DNA from: a virus
Lineage: Duplodnaviria > Caudoviricetes
DNA: 54,112 nucleotides
Virus record (IMG/VR): IMGVR_UViG_3300035704_000012
Span: 1 to 54,112 of that record
Strand: one strand, 5' to 3'
Position numbers and translations under genes: made by a program. Below are positions 1-9,483 of this stretch, piece after piece (the first letter of the stretch is position 1; each line of letters starts with the position of its first letter). The notes below the pieces were generated by a model. The model was given only the letters and a program-made list of their open reading frames with translations, made no database searches and was not told the origin of the DNA.

Positions 1-127
1 ATTGTTACGACGCTCAGTTGTTTCGTATTGATTACGAACTGATTCGAGCAATGTATTACTCTTCTCTCAGTAGTAATGTATTTGATTGTCAAGTATCTGT
101 TGTTGTTGTTGATTTTTTTTTTCTTAT
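1..127. repeat. Terminal direct repeat, left copy
   Basis: Identical to 53984-54112 except for the poly-T run (T10 here, T12 on the right). Confidence 0.95.
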
Positions 128-292
128 AACTATATTATAATTCTTTACTCGCGATTCTACAAGACCCGAGGGTCTTCGAATTTGCCGCTACCCTTTCATG
201 TGTTACAGTAACAAGCAACGGCTCGTAAAAGGGGAAGGATGTGTTTTCTGCGAGGAACACAATGTGTTGCTGCTCCCTTGTTATGCCAATGT

Positions 293-308
293 GTTTCCCG
301 ATATAATG
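293..308 (+). promoter_or_regulatory. Putative late promoter GTTTCCCGATATAATG, probably giving a leaderless transcript
   Basis: TATAAT at 302-307 lies 7 nt before ATG 315. The same 16-mer occurs at 7969-7984. Confidence 0.7.
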
Positions 309-314
309 GTGAGT

Positions 315-587
315 ATGGCTGATAAGGAACTTGAGGACCTCTTCGGAGGCGACGGCGAAACGGCTGGCCAGCGTACGAAGCGGCTGTTCGACGAGAACGC
401 GCCTTTTGCGGCGGCTGCGATTATTGACTTGGTGCACAATGCTGGGAACGACAACACCAAGCTTCGGGCTGCCACTTATGTCGTCGACCGTGTCTTGGGG
501 CCTGTTGGCAAGGACGACCAGGAGAACGCGCTGAACGAGTTCCTAGCCGGCATTGAGGCGCTAGCCAACGGAGGAAGTAAGCCATGA
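315..587 (+). CDS. Probable terminase small subunit
   Basis: Short helical ORF (RLFDENAPFAAAAIIDLV...KLRAATYVVDRVLG) just upstream of the large terminase. Start chosen at ATG 315 after the -10 box. Confidence 0.55.
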   Translation: MADKELEDLFGGDGETAGQRTKRLFDENAPFAAAAIIDLVHNAGNDNTKLRAATYVVDRVLGPVGKDDQENALNEFLAGIEALANGGSKP

Positions 588-793
588 CACAACGACCGGC
601 CCCACAAGCCTCAGCCCCTCGATCCTACCCGGAATGGCGAGGGTACTCCCTATTCCACTGGGTCCTCTGCGTCGCAGCGCTTGTCTTCGCGCTCCTGTGG
701 ATTTTGACGTTTATAGCCGCGGGGTTCTCCATTCCGGCTTGGGTTCCCGCTGCTGCCGTCATCAGTATTGCTCTAGCGATGTGGGTGCCGTAA
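584..793 (+). CDS. Small membrane protein (2 TM)
   Basis: ATGA overlap with the upstream gene; two hydrophobic stretches. Confidence 0.65.
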   Translation: MTQRPAPQASAPRSYPEWRGYSLFHWVLCVAALVFALLWILTFIAAGFSIPAWVPAAAVISIALAMWVP

Positions 794-806
794 TGGGCGA
801 CGCGTA

Positions 807-2306
807 GTGGACAAACTCACCGAGGCGTTCTGGGCTAAGGTCGGGTACACGCCGCATGCTATGCAGCGGCTGTACCACGAAAGTGGTGCCAGATTCCGTG
901 TTCCGTGCTGCGGGAGGCGTTTCGGTAAGAGCACAATGGCCGCACGTGATGCCACGCCTAGGCATATTATGCGGCCGAATCAGATGATCTGGATTGTCGG
1001 ACCAACGTACGACCTTGCCGAGAAAGAGTTTCGTGTCATATGGAATGACCTCATTGTCAACCAAGGCCTTGGCAAGGATAAGAGGGTACGTAGAGCCTAT
1101 TCGAAGCGTGCGGGTGACATGTTCATTCAGTTTCCCTGGGGGACGCGAGTGGAATGTCGCAGCGCCGAACATCCAGAGTACCTCGTGGGGGAAGCCCTGG
1201 ACCACGTCATCATGTCCGAAGCTGCTAAGCACAAGCGTGAGACATGGGAACGCTACGTACGACCTGCGCTTGCTGACCGTAGGGGTTCCGCTGACTTCCC
1301 GACGACGCCTGAAGGTTTCAACTGGCTACATGACCTCTGGCAGCTTGGGCGTCAGGAGAGGTACCTAAAGAGGGGTATCTTCGAGTCCTGGAAGTTCCCA
1401 AGTTGGGCAAATGACGCCGTTTACCCTGGCGGACGGCAGGATGAAGAAATCCTTTTGCTAGAGGAAACCACCGAGCCTGAGTGGTTCCTGCAGGAGATTG
1501 GTGCAGACTTCGCCAGCTTCGTAGGGAAGATTTTCCCGGAGTGGGATGAGACCCGTCACGTGATGACGGAAGACTACAAGTTCATTCCCGGCTGGCCGAA
1601 CTACATTGCGTTCGACTGGGGCTTCACGAACCCTCTGGCCGCTGTCGAGTTCCAAATCAGCCCAAGCGATGAGATTTACGTTTGGCGAACGCATTACAAG
1701 AAGTACAAGACGATACCCGACCATATTCGTCTCATGATGCGTAGGGACCAGCCAGCTGGGTATCACATCGACTTGGCTTTTGGGGACCCCGCGGACCCAG
1801 AAGCGGCTGTACAGGTGTCGGAAGAGTTTAGAAAGCACAGCATGCACGTCATGTGTTGGGCGCCAAAGGAACTGAAGGGCGACTATACATGGCGTGATGG
1901 CATCGACTTGATGTCGAGTTTCATGCGCAACGTCAAGATAGCAGAGGACAAGTGGGGCGCTCCCATCGAGGCACCTCGCTACCACGTTGCGTGGGAATGC
2001 AAGGAACACATCAAGGAGATGAACAACTACCGCTCCACAGAGCCGGTAAAGGGACGCAATGTACCGGAACTGGGCAACAGGGTTGAGGACCATACCATCG
2101 ATGCAATGAGATATGCTCTCCTATGCCTATTCAAAATGGGCGCAAGGAATATGCACCTCAGAACCGGAATGGTTAACAGCGCCCCTGTGGAAGTTACGCC
2201 TAGGCAGAAGGCCGACAAGAGGGCATTGGACACGGAAACAAGCTTCGCTCAGATCCTAGCGGGCCAAGGTTCTGGTGGAATCTTTACGATGGGAGATAGC
2301 TTCTAG
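807..2306 (+). CDS. terL: Terminase large subunit
   Basis: Walker A CGRRFGKS, Walker B-like HVIMSEAA, coupling motif PTTP, nuclease motifs AFDWG and EDHTIDAMRY. Confidence 0.95.
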   Translation: MDKLTEAFWAKVGYTPHAMQRLYHESGARFRVPCCGRRFGKSTMAARDATPRHIMRPNQMIWIVGPTYDLAEKEFRVIWNDLIVNQGLGKDKRVRRAYSKRAGDMFIQFPWGTRVECRSAEHPEYLVGEALDHVIMSEAAKHKRETWERYVRPALADRRGSADFPTTPEGFNWLHDLWQLGRQERYLKRGIFESWKFPSWANDAVYPGGRQDEEILLLEETTEPEWFLQEIGADFASFVGKIFPEWDETRHVMTEDYKFIPGWPNYIAFDWGFTNPLAAVEFQISPSDEIYVWRTHYKKYKTIPDHIRLMMRRDQPAGYHIDLAFGDPADPEAAVQVSEEFRKHSMHVMCWAPKELKGDYTWRDGIDLMSSFMRNVKIAEDKWGAPIEAPRYHVAWECKEHIKEMNNYRSTEPVKGRNVPELGNRVEDHTIDAMRYALLCLFKMGARNMHLRTGMVNSAPVEVTPRQKADKRALDTETSFAQILAGQGSGGIFTMGDSF

Positions 2307-4186
2307 TGAACATGGACGAACTCCCACGTGTCTCGTTGCAGGAGATGCTCAACCAAGGCCTGCAGCCTGTAGCGGTCAGTCGCGAGCCTGGCAGGGAATT
2401 CATTGTCATGGCGCCGGAGGGTGGCGCAGCAGAACAGCTCCAAGGCACTCCAGTCACGCGTATGACGCCGCAAGAGCACTCCCAAATGATGTCGGAACGT
2501 GCAATGCAGATGACTGCTCCGCTTCGGCAGCAGGTTTCCGGGCTGGCAAGAAGGGGTAGGCCGCCTGAGGTCGATGGTTCGGGGTTGGGCTTCCCTCCGC
2601 CTCCGGACCAAGTCTTGGGGTTTGGACAGAACACAGGTGCAGTTAGGGTTCACAATCGTGTCGATATGGCACAGGGTAGGGGGGTCGGGCCTGAAGGTCT
2701 CGGTGCGGAACTGGGTTCTGCGTCTCCCTCGCCGTTCACCTCCTGGATGCGGCGGGAGTACAATCGTGACCTTGAGGGTATCAAGGGCCTCAAGGTATAC
2801 GACCGTATGCGGAAGTCGGACGGGACCGTAAGGGGGACGTTGAGGCTGGCTAAGACGCCAGTGCTGGCGGGGCAGTGGTCTATGAAACCAGCCTCAACGT
2901 CTACTAAGGATGTCATGATCCGCGACAAGATATGGAAGGCTTTGACTGACTGGCCTACCACTTCTTGGCCGCAGACGCTCACCGAGGGCCTGCTGATGCT
3001 GGACTTCGGCTACTACATGTTCGAGAATGTCTTCTGTCCAGGAGAGCAGCTCACCAACGACCCGGACGCTCGAGGCCTGATTGTCTGGAAGAAGTTCGCT
3101 CCTAGGCACCCGATGGATGTCAGGGAGTGGTTCTTCGACATTAACGGCGGACCCTTGTCGGTTGACATGTGGGAGCCTCCAGCTGATACGCGTTCCTTCG
3201 AGGGCGCTGTAGGACAGAGCTTCACTCAGATCGTGAACATTCCGATCAACAAGCTGGTTGTCCTCTCGTTCGACAAGGAAGCTGGCAACATCGAGGGCAT
3301 CAGCCTCCTCAGAAGCGCATACAAGCACTGGTACTACAAGGACAATCTGTACAAGATCGACGCAATCCAGAAGGAACGTCATGGTATTGGTGTACCTGTC
3401 GTCACGTTGCCAATGGGATACGACGACAACGATCTGCAGCTTGCCGATGCTCTTGGTCGCAATCTACGCACAAACGATCGGGCGCATGTAGTCCTACCGC
3501 CGAACTGGTTGCTTAGCTTCGCCGAGCTCAAGGGTCAGCCTGTCAACTGCATTACCAGCATCGAGCATCACGACAAGCAGATCGAGAAGCAGATCCTCGG
3601 CCAGTTCATGTCCTCGACTACGACAGGGAGTGATGAACAGTCTCACACCCTGTTCCTGAAGGCGACGAGGTTCACAGCCGACATCGTGGTCGACGCGATT
3701 AATAAGTATGCAATACCTCAGCTGGTAGACATGAACTGGCTAGGTGCGAGGTACCCCAAGCTAGTCGTGAAGCGGATCGGCGAGCAGGAGGACTGGAGGA
3801 CCGAGTCCTTCACAATCCGGAACTACATCGGCGCTGGAGCGATCACACCTGACGAGCCACTCGAGAACTACCTGCGTGAGGAACTAGGCCTACCTCAGGC
3901 AGACCCAGCGACCAGCAGACTTGTCGCCACGCAATTCAACAGGCAGGATGCTCCTGGGCCACCGATCGAGATGCCTGGTTCGCCAGAGGACCTAATACAG
4001 GCGCTCAAGGATGGTACGATCACCATGGAGCAACTCCAGCAGATGGCCAATCAGCAACCAGCAGCTAGTGGTCAGCAGCAAGGTCCCGACAAGCCTGGTA
4101 CACCGAGGCAGACAGCCAATCCGACCGTCAAGCCCTCGACTGGCAGCGGCGATGGTTCGGGCACATCCGGAAGGAGAGGACAGTAG
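2306..4186 (+). CDS. Portal protein (Mu gp29/DUF935-like)
   Basis: Follows terL; GISLLRSAYKHWYYK and ERHGIGVPV motifs; low-complexity N- and C-terminal extensions. Confidence 0.88.
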   Translation: MNMDELPRVSLQEMLNQGLQPVAVSREPGREFIVMAPEGGAAEQLQGTPVTRMTPQEHSQMMSERAMQMTAPLRQQVSGLARRGRPPEVDGSGLGFPPPPDQVLGFGQNTGAVRVHNRVDMAQGRGVGPEGLGAELGSASPSPFTSWMRREYNRDLEGIKGLKVYDRMRKSDGTVRGTLRLAKTPVLAGQWSMKPASTSTKDVMIRDKIWKALTDWPTTSWPQTLTEGLLMLDFGYYMFENVFCPGEQLTNDPDARGLIVWKKFAPRHPMDVREWFFDINGGPLSVDMWEPPADTRSFEGAVGQSFTQIVNIPINKLVVLSFDKEAGNIEGISLLRSAYKHWYYKDNLYKIDAIQKERHGIGVPVVTLPMGYDDNDLQLADALGRNLRTNDRAHVVLPPNWLLSFAELKGQPVNCITSIEHHDKQIEKQILGQFMSSTTTGSDEQSHTLFLKATRFTADIVVDAINKYAIPQLVDMNWLGARYPKLVVKRIGEQEDWRTESFTIRNYIGAGAITPDEPLENYLREELGLPQADPATSRLVATQFNRQDAPGPPIEMPGSPEDLIQALKDGTITMEQLQQMANQQPAASGQQQGPDKPGTPRQTANPTVKPSTGSGDGSGTSGRRGQ

Positions 4187-4497
4187 TGTACTATACGTAC
4201 GACCACCCCGAAGGTAAGGGGTTCGGTGAACATCACGTCGAGGAAGGGCATCCTGCTCTCGATCAGCGCTCCGCTGCGTGGCAAGGGGTAGATGGTCACG
4301 CTACTCCCCACGCGAGCGAGATGACGATGGCAGACCTCGACATGCCTTCCGGTACGCGCGTCGAGCTTCTGGAGCATGACAAGGAGCGCGACCTACACAG
4401 AGTGCAATGGGTTGACAGCCATGGCACCGAGCGCATCACCTCGATCGATCCTGACTTCTTCGTTAACCACTTCGCAGAGGTGGCTGATCCCGAATGA
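4186..4497 (+). CDS. Hypothetical protein
   Basis: Coupled to both neighbours, RBS GGAGAGGA, coding-like codon usage. Confidence 0.7.
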   Translation: MYYTYDHPEGKGFGEHHVEEGHPALDQRSAAWQGVDGHATPHASEMTMADLDMPSGTRVELLEHDKERDLHRVQWVDSHGTERITSIDPDFFVNHFAEVADPE

Positions 4498-4943
4498 GTA
4501 CCATCTCCGCAGGTCAGTTGATGACCTTCGCCGAGCAAGAGGCTCTGGCACAAGTCTTCAGGAAGACGCAGGGTCCTGCGACGAGCTCCTCGTTCTTGGC
4601 GCTTCTGACCAACGCTACTTCTGGCTCGGTGGACAACACCTGGACCACTATGGCGTCTGCTGCCGAGTACGGCGCGACGGGCTACGCACGTCAGTCCTTC
4701 GGTCCTACTACGCCTACGGTTGCTAGTCCATCGGTCATCTCCAACACGTCGACGATCACGTTTGGTCCTACCTCGTCTTCTCCTGGTACGACAATCAACT
4801 GGGGCATGGTCACGGACAACACCGGCGCAGGCTCGGGTACCACTGCGAAACTGATCTGTGCCTTCCTCGTGACCACACCTCGTACCCCGATCTCCGGCGA
4901 CTCGATCCAGGCAGCGGCTTCCGCATTCACCGCGCAGGTGTGA
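4494..4943 (+). CDS. Virion structural protein (fibre/decoration-associated)
   Basis: GYARQS motif; Thr/Ser-rich beta-type sequence typical of proteins preceding phage fibre genes. Confidence 0.55.
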   Translation: MSTISAGQLMTFAEQEALAQVFRKTQGPATSSSFLALLTNATSGSVDNTWTTMASAAEYGATGYARQSFGPTTPTVASPSVISNTSTITFGPTSSSPGTTINWGMVTDNTGAGSGTTAKLICAFLVTTPRTPISGDSIQAAASAFTAQV

Positions 4944-4944
4944 C

Positions 4945-5241
4945 ATGGCTGTGCATCAGCTTCAGTTCGGTGCTGGCTCGTCTACCAACGAGGCACGTGA
5001 GTACCCTTGTCAGGCAAAGGGTACGGGCGCTCACACAATGGTATGCGGTGCTACGCCATCTTCCCTTTGGGAGCGCTACTGTCGGAATGGACACAGTCGT
5101 GAAGTGAGACTATGTCCTAGCCACGCTAATCTGATCGCACGTGGCTACGGTGCTTGTAGCGACTGCATAGAGCGCGGCGTCTCAACCGAAGCGCTGTTGC
5201 GTCCTAAGGACCTGATCCTTCTTGGTCACATAGGCAGCTAA
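4945..5241 (+). CDS. Cys/His-rich hypothetical protein (possible Zn-binding)
   Basis: CRNGH, CPSH and CSDC motifs. Confidence 0.55.
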   Translation: MAVHQLQFGAGSSTNEAREYPCQAKGTGAHTMVCGATPSSLWERYCRNGHSREVRLCPSHANLIARGYGACSDCIERGVSTEALLRPKDLILLGHIGS

Positions 5242-5250
5242 GGTGGTCTA

Positions 5251-7935
5251 GTGACTACAGTCACCCACGCAGGTACTGGGATCTGGACCACGACTGCAGG
5301 CAACAAGACGTTCACTGGTACTCCTGCGGTGAACGACTTGATTGTAGTCGTTGCTCCCTGTACGCGCTCTGGTGGGACGACTAACGTCACAGACAACAAC
5401 TCCGATGGTAACGGCACATATACCAAGATCGGAGCGAGCTTTACTGGGTTTTCTACTGCTGGTGATCTTAGTGTCTGGGTACGTAATGCACTAGTTGGCT
5501 CTGCTACCTCTACTGTCTTCACAGCGGCTCAGGCTAGCTCTACTGGTGGCGGCCTGGATGTGTTTCGCATCTCTGGAATGGCTCGCGTTGGATCGGACGC
5601 AGTTAGGCAGTCAGCAGGACAATCGTCGGGGACATCTGGTACTACGCCTGCACCTGTTTTTGGCGTAGCTGCTTTGACTGGCAATCCATGCATCGGCTGC
5701 GTTTGTAATGGTACTAGCCCTGCCACATTGACTCCTCGTACAAGTTGGACTGAGGCTACTGACCTAGGTTACTCCACACCTACTACGGGCATGGAGACCA
5801 TGTCCCGGAGTTCGGGCGAGACAGGAACGACTCAGACGTGGGGCAGCACGTCAGCTAGTACGTTCGCCAGCGTCGTCGTCGAGCTCGATTCATCCGTTCC
5901 TCCTCTAGGTCTTGCAGGTACAGCTTCGAACTCTCCTGGGGTTGCAGGATGGTCAATCCTTCAGTCGAACAGTACCGACCCTGACCCTGGATCAGGTGCA
6001 CTAGCATATAGCACGGCCAACGTACAATCTGGCACCAAGTTGATTGCCTATATCACTTGCGGGGGAGGCAGCAACCCCGAGGTCACGGCGATGAAGGATG
6101 CCTCTCTCAACTCCATGACCAAGCTCGCGTCAGCATTCCTGAATGGGTCAGCAGGCAGTGGTGAGTTGAGCATGTGGGCAATGGACACGCCTGCAGGCGA
6201 TGTAGGTACCAAGCCGACTATCACGCCTACGATGACAGGTGGTAACCAGTCGCTTGGTCTTGTCATTCAGGAAGTCGCAGGCTTGCTAGCAGGTAATACG
6301 ACTGCGATGCTTGATGGTACGCCTGCGACGAACACTGGCGCGATTAGCAGCAACGGTAGTGTAAGTTGCGGTGCATATAGCTCTACTGCGTCAGGGGAGC
6401 TCCTCTTTGCGCTTGGTGGTGACAACGAGGTCAGTACCCTCACGTGGGCGGCACCGACAGGCTCCACAACGTATACACGTGACGCTCATGCAGTCAATAC
6501 TAGCTTCGTGTTCAACTGCGTGCCCTCGTCAGGTCTTTCGACTGGAGGAGCAGAGACAGCCTCGTCTGCGATAACGGGTGTCAGCGGTTCTAGCGCTTGG
6601 GCTACTATACTAGGCGCGTTCAAGCTTGCACCTGTATCAGGCTTGCAAGCAGCCAATGGCGACATCACTTCCGGTGCCAGTTCGACGACTTGGGCTATAG
6701 CTGGTACAGCTTCCAATACCAGTACAGGCTCTGGCAGTCTTAACCTTGTATCACCCGCAGCAGGAACTGCATCAACTACCTCTCACGCGTCAGGTTCGTT
6801 TACACCCCAGACGCTAGCAGGTACAGCTGCAACCACTTCACATGCTTCTGGCACGTTGGCCGTAGTCACACCCGTAGGTGGTACTAGTACAAACACAAGC
6901 GTGGCGTCGGGTACTCTGTCGCTGACAATGGGCCTAGCTGGTACGGCTTCTAATACAAGTGTCACTTCAGCTACAACAACGTTGCTTGCAGCCATTAGAG
7001 GCACTGCAGCTAACGTCAGCATAGCTAGCGGCATCTTGGCACTCATCCTCACACTAGCCGGTACAGCTACAAGTGTCTCTACAGCTACAGGTTCCTTCCC
7101 TCTCACAATCTCGGGCACATCCGTAACGACTAGCGCGGCTAACGGTTCCTTCACTATCACCGCTCCTGTGGCTGGAATTTCGTCAACCCTGAGTGGGGGG
7201 ACGGGAAGCCTAACCATACATGGTCTGGTACCACTGGCTGGTACAGCTGCGACTGTAAGCCATGCTAATGGTAGCCTGTCACTGCTTCTGACGTTGTCTG
7301 GCACAGCTACTAGTACGTCTTTGACTTCAGGCAATCTGACTACCGGGACACCACCCCGTACGCCGCAGCATCTGTCAGGTACTATTACCGAGACCAACCT
7401 ACTAGGTGGTACGGTCACAGGTAACCTACGTGGTGGCACAGTCGTAGGCAACCTGCTTAGTGGCACGGTCATAGGTAACTTGCGTGGTGGCACCGTTACA
7501 GATACCAACCACTTGTCTGGTTCGGTCGCAGATGCCAATCTCTTGGGAGGGACAGTTTCCGTTCTTCCTGTTACCAGCGGGTCACTAGAGGAGTGGACCA
7601 TGCAAGAAGTAGATATCATTCTCGGCGAGTTCAACGACGAGACTCTAGCCGTTGCTGTCTTGAACAACGGTGTCGCGCAGGACCTCACGGGCAAGACACT
7701 ACAGGCTCTGTTCAAGACCGCCGCAGGTGTTCTCGATACCGATCCATCAACGGTTACGCTGACTTCGTCTAGCGGTGGCATTGTCGTCACGAACGCCGTA
7801 GGTGGTTTGGCAACGATTACCATTCCTCGTGCCGACTTGGCGTCTGCTGGAGTCACGTTTTGGCGCCTCGACGTCGTTGCAGCAGGACTACAGAACACGG
7901 CTATGTATGGGAAGGTGTCTATTACTCTACTGTAA
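5251..7935 (+). CDS. 894-aa Thr/Ser/Gly-rich fibre/adhesin-like virion protein
   Basis: Two N-terminal beta-rich domains, ~19-aa AGTAxxTSxAxGxL repeats, 9-aa NLxGGTVxG repeats, and a BppU-like C-terminal domain. Confidence 0.65.
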   Translation: MTTVTHAGTGIWTTTAGNKTFTGTPAVNDLIVVVAPCTRSGGTTNVTDNNSDGNGTYTKIGASFTGFSTAGDLSVWVRNALVGSATSTVFTAAQASSTGGGLDVFRISGMARVGSDAVRQSAGQSSGTSGTTPAPVFGVAALTGNPCIGCVCNGTSPATLTPRTSWTEATDLGYSTPTTGMETMSRSSGETGTTQTWGSTSASTFASVVVELDSSVPPLGLAGTASNSPGVAGWSILQSNSTDPDPGSGALAYSTANVQSGTKLIAYITCGGGSNPEVTAMKDASLNSMTKLASAFLNGSAGSGELSMWAMDTPAGDVGTKPTITPTMTGGNQSLGLVIQEVAGLLAGNTTAMLDGTPATNTGAISSNGSVSCGAYSSTASGELLFALGGDNEVSTLTWAAPTGSTTYTRDAHAVNTSFVFNCVPSSGLSTGGAETASSAITGVSGSSAWATILGAFKLAPVSGLQAANGDITSGASSTTWAIAGTASNTSTGSGSLNLVSPAAGTASTTSHASGSFTPQTLAGTAATTSHASGTLAVVTPVGGTSTNTSVASGTLSLTMGLAGTASNTSVTSATTTLLAAIRGTAANVSIASGILALILTLAGTATSVSTATGSFPLTISGTSVTTSAANGSFTITAPVAGISSTLSGGTGSLTIHGLVPLAGTAATVSHANGSLSLLLTLSGTATSTSLTSGNLTTGTPPRTPQHLSGTITETNLLGGTVTGNLRGGTVVGNLLSGTVIGNLRGGTVTDTNHLSGSVADANLLGGTVSVLPVTSGSLEEWTMQEVDIILGEFNDETLAVAVLNNGVAQDLTGKTLQALFKTAAGVLDTDPSTVTLTSSSGGIVVTNAVGGLATITIPRADLASAGVTFWRLDVVAAGLQNTAMYGKVSITLL

Positions 7936-7968
7936 CAATGAAACCCTGAGCCCTAGTGGTATCTTAAG

Positions 7969-7984
7969 GTTTCCCGATATAATG
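7969..7984 (+). promoter_or_regulatory. Second copy of the putative late promoter
   Basis: Exact GTTTCCCGATATAATG upstream of the head operon, followed by RBS AGGAG. Confidence 0.7.
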
Positions 7985-8002
7985 AAGAGAATAGGAGTCT
8001 AG

Positions 8003-8332
8003 ATGTCCGTTTACGCCCCTAGTGGGTCAGGCAACGTACACGTCGACAAGGTCATGAGCGGAGGTAGGAAGCAAGTGCCACCTAGGAAGCCGGCAGCCAA
8101 GAAGCCTGCCACCAAGAAGGTGCCAGCCAAGAAGGGGATGGGCTTTCCCGCTGCCGCTGCTGCTGCCGGTAAGTCCTCCGGCAAGGGACCGAGGGCGGGG
8201 GCGGCGATAGTAGCTGCGGCCTCTCGTAAGGCCAGCCCCGCGGCCAAAAAGGCCAATCCCAACCTGAAGAAGGTCGCTATGCCCAAGACCAGGGGCAAGA
8301 TGGGCGGCAAGAAGGGTGGGAGAGGCAAGTGA
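8003..8332 (+). CDS. Lys/Ala-rich basic protein with a capsid-like N-terminus
   Basis: RBS AGGAG; H1-like PAAKK/PAKK repeats; N-terminal YAPSGSGNVHxD shared with the major capsid protein. Confidence 0.8.
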   Translation: MSVYAPSGSGNVHVDKVMSGGRKQVPPRKPAAKKPATKKVPAKKGMGFPAAAAAAGKSSGKGPRAGAAIVAAASRKASPAAKKANPNLKKVAMPKTRGKMGGKKGGRGK

Positions 8333-9480
8333 GTCGCTACGGGTACTGGGTCGATCTGGCGAACCACCAGTTCGACGAGCAGTCGTGGGTTCACGCACTC
8401 CCTGTCGGCAAGTTCGAACACCCCGTGTACGGTCCGATGGACTTCACGGCTGACAGGATCCAGCGTTTCGCCGACAGCGTAAAGACGAAGGTGCGGGGTA
8501 TCGACCTCGACATCGACTACGATCACAAGGACCAGACCGGCAAGGCTGCTGGGTGGGTCCGGGACGCTGACGTGCGCGCCGACGGACTCTACCTTCAGGT
8601 CGACTGGACGAGCCCAGCCGCTGAGGCCCTCCGGAATCGGGAGTACAGGTACTTCAGTCCCGAGTTCGACGACGAGTGGACCGACGGTGCGGGAATCAAG
8701 CACACTGACGTCCTGTTCGGCGGTGCACTGACCAACAGGCCATTCCTGAAGAACCTTCTTCCGGTCAACCTGTCGGAGATCACAGATCCAACACCACAAG
8801 GAGGTCAGATGGACCCTGAGCAGATTCGACTGCTGCTGGGTCTCGGAAAGGACGCCACGGACGATCAGGTCAAGGCGAAGATTGCGGAGCTGACGGCCGG
8901 ACCGCCGGCGCCCACTCCGCCATCTGACCCACCTGTTCCGCCCGTACCGGCGCCCACGCCGACTCCCGAGCCTGTGCTCGCCGGAGCCGCACTGTCCGAG
9001 GTCATCACCAAGGCTCTCGCCGAGTCGCCGCTGGCCAAGCAGTTCGCCGAGATGGAGAAGAAGCTCGCCGCCGCTGAGTCGGGTCGGCAGCTGGCCGAGA
9101 CCCGCGACAGGCTCGCAGGCATCGTCGCCAACCAGGGGGGCAGGCAGTTCGTCCTCCCGCCGTCGGTCGTCAACGCTATCGCCGAGGGTACGACCCTCGC
9201 CGAGCCATCCGCGATGGCCAAGAAGTTCGTCGACGCCGTCGAGCAGTTCGCCAAGGTCGGCTTCGTCGAGCTCGGCGAGCGCGGTCGCATGGGTGGTCAC
9301 GGTACCGAAGTGTCGGCCCAGGCCGAACTGATGAAGGCCGTCAGTGCGACGCGAACCAAGTACCTGTCGGAGACAGGCAAGGAGCTGGCCGTGACGGACG
9401 CGATCCGCATGGTCTGCACCGCCAACCCCGACCTGTACCTCGCCTACCGCGAGGGCAGCTACTCCGGAAGGGAGGCGTAA
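8329..9480 (+). CDS. Prohead protease/scaffold (Mu I-like)
   Basis: IDYDH, AAGW, YRYFSPEF and GGALTNRPF protease motifs; Pro-rich linker and helical scaffold; possible internal start at MDPEQ after GGAGG. Confidence 0.88.
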   Translation: MSRYGYWVDLANHQFDEQSWVHALPVGKFEHPVYGPMDFTADRIQRFADSVKTKVRGIDLDIDYDHKDQTGKAAGWVRDADVRADGLYLQVDWTSPAAEALRNREYRYFSPEFDDEWTDGAGIKHTDVLFGGALTNRPFLKNLLPVNLSEITDPTPQGGQMDPEQIRLLLGLGKDATDDQVKAKIAELTAGPPAPTPPSDPPVPPVPAPTPTPEPVLAGAALSEVITKALAESPLAKQFAEMEKKLAAAESGRQLAETRDRLAGIVANQGGRQFVLPPSVVNAIAEGTTLAEPSAMAKKFVDAVEQFAKVGFVELGERGRMGGHGTEVSAQAELMKAVSATRTKYLSETGKELAVTDAIRMVCTANPDLYLAYREGSYSGREA

Positions 9481-9483
9481 CCC

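Noticed and set aside
135-437. ORFs in the AT-rich ends (135-437, 53746-54075, 53816-54034)
   Set aside because: Atypical codon usage, no RBS; they overlap promoter or repeat DNA.
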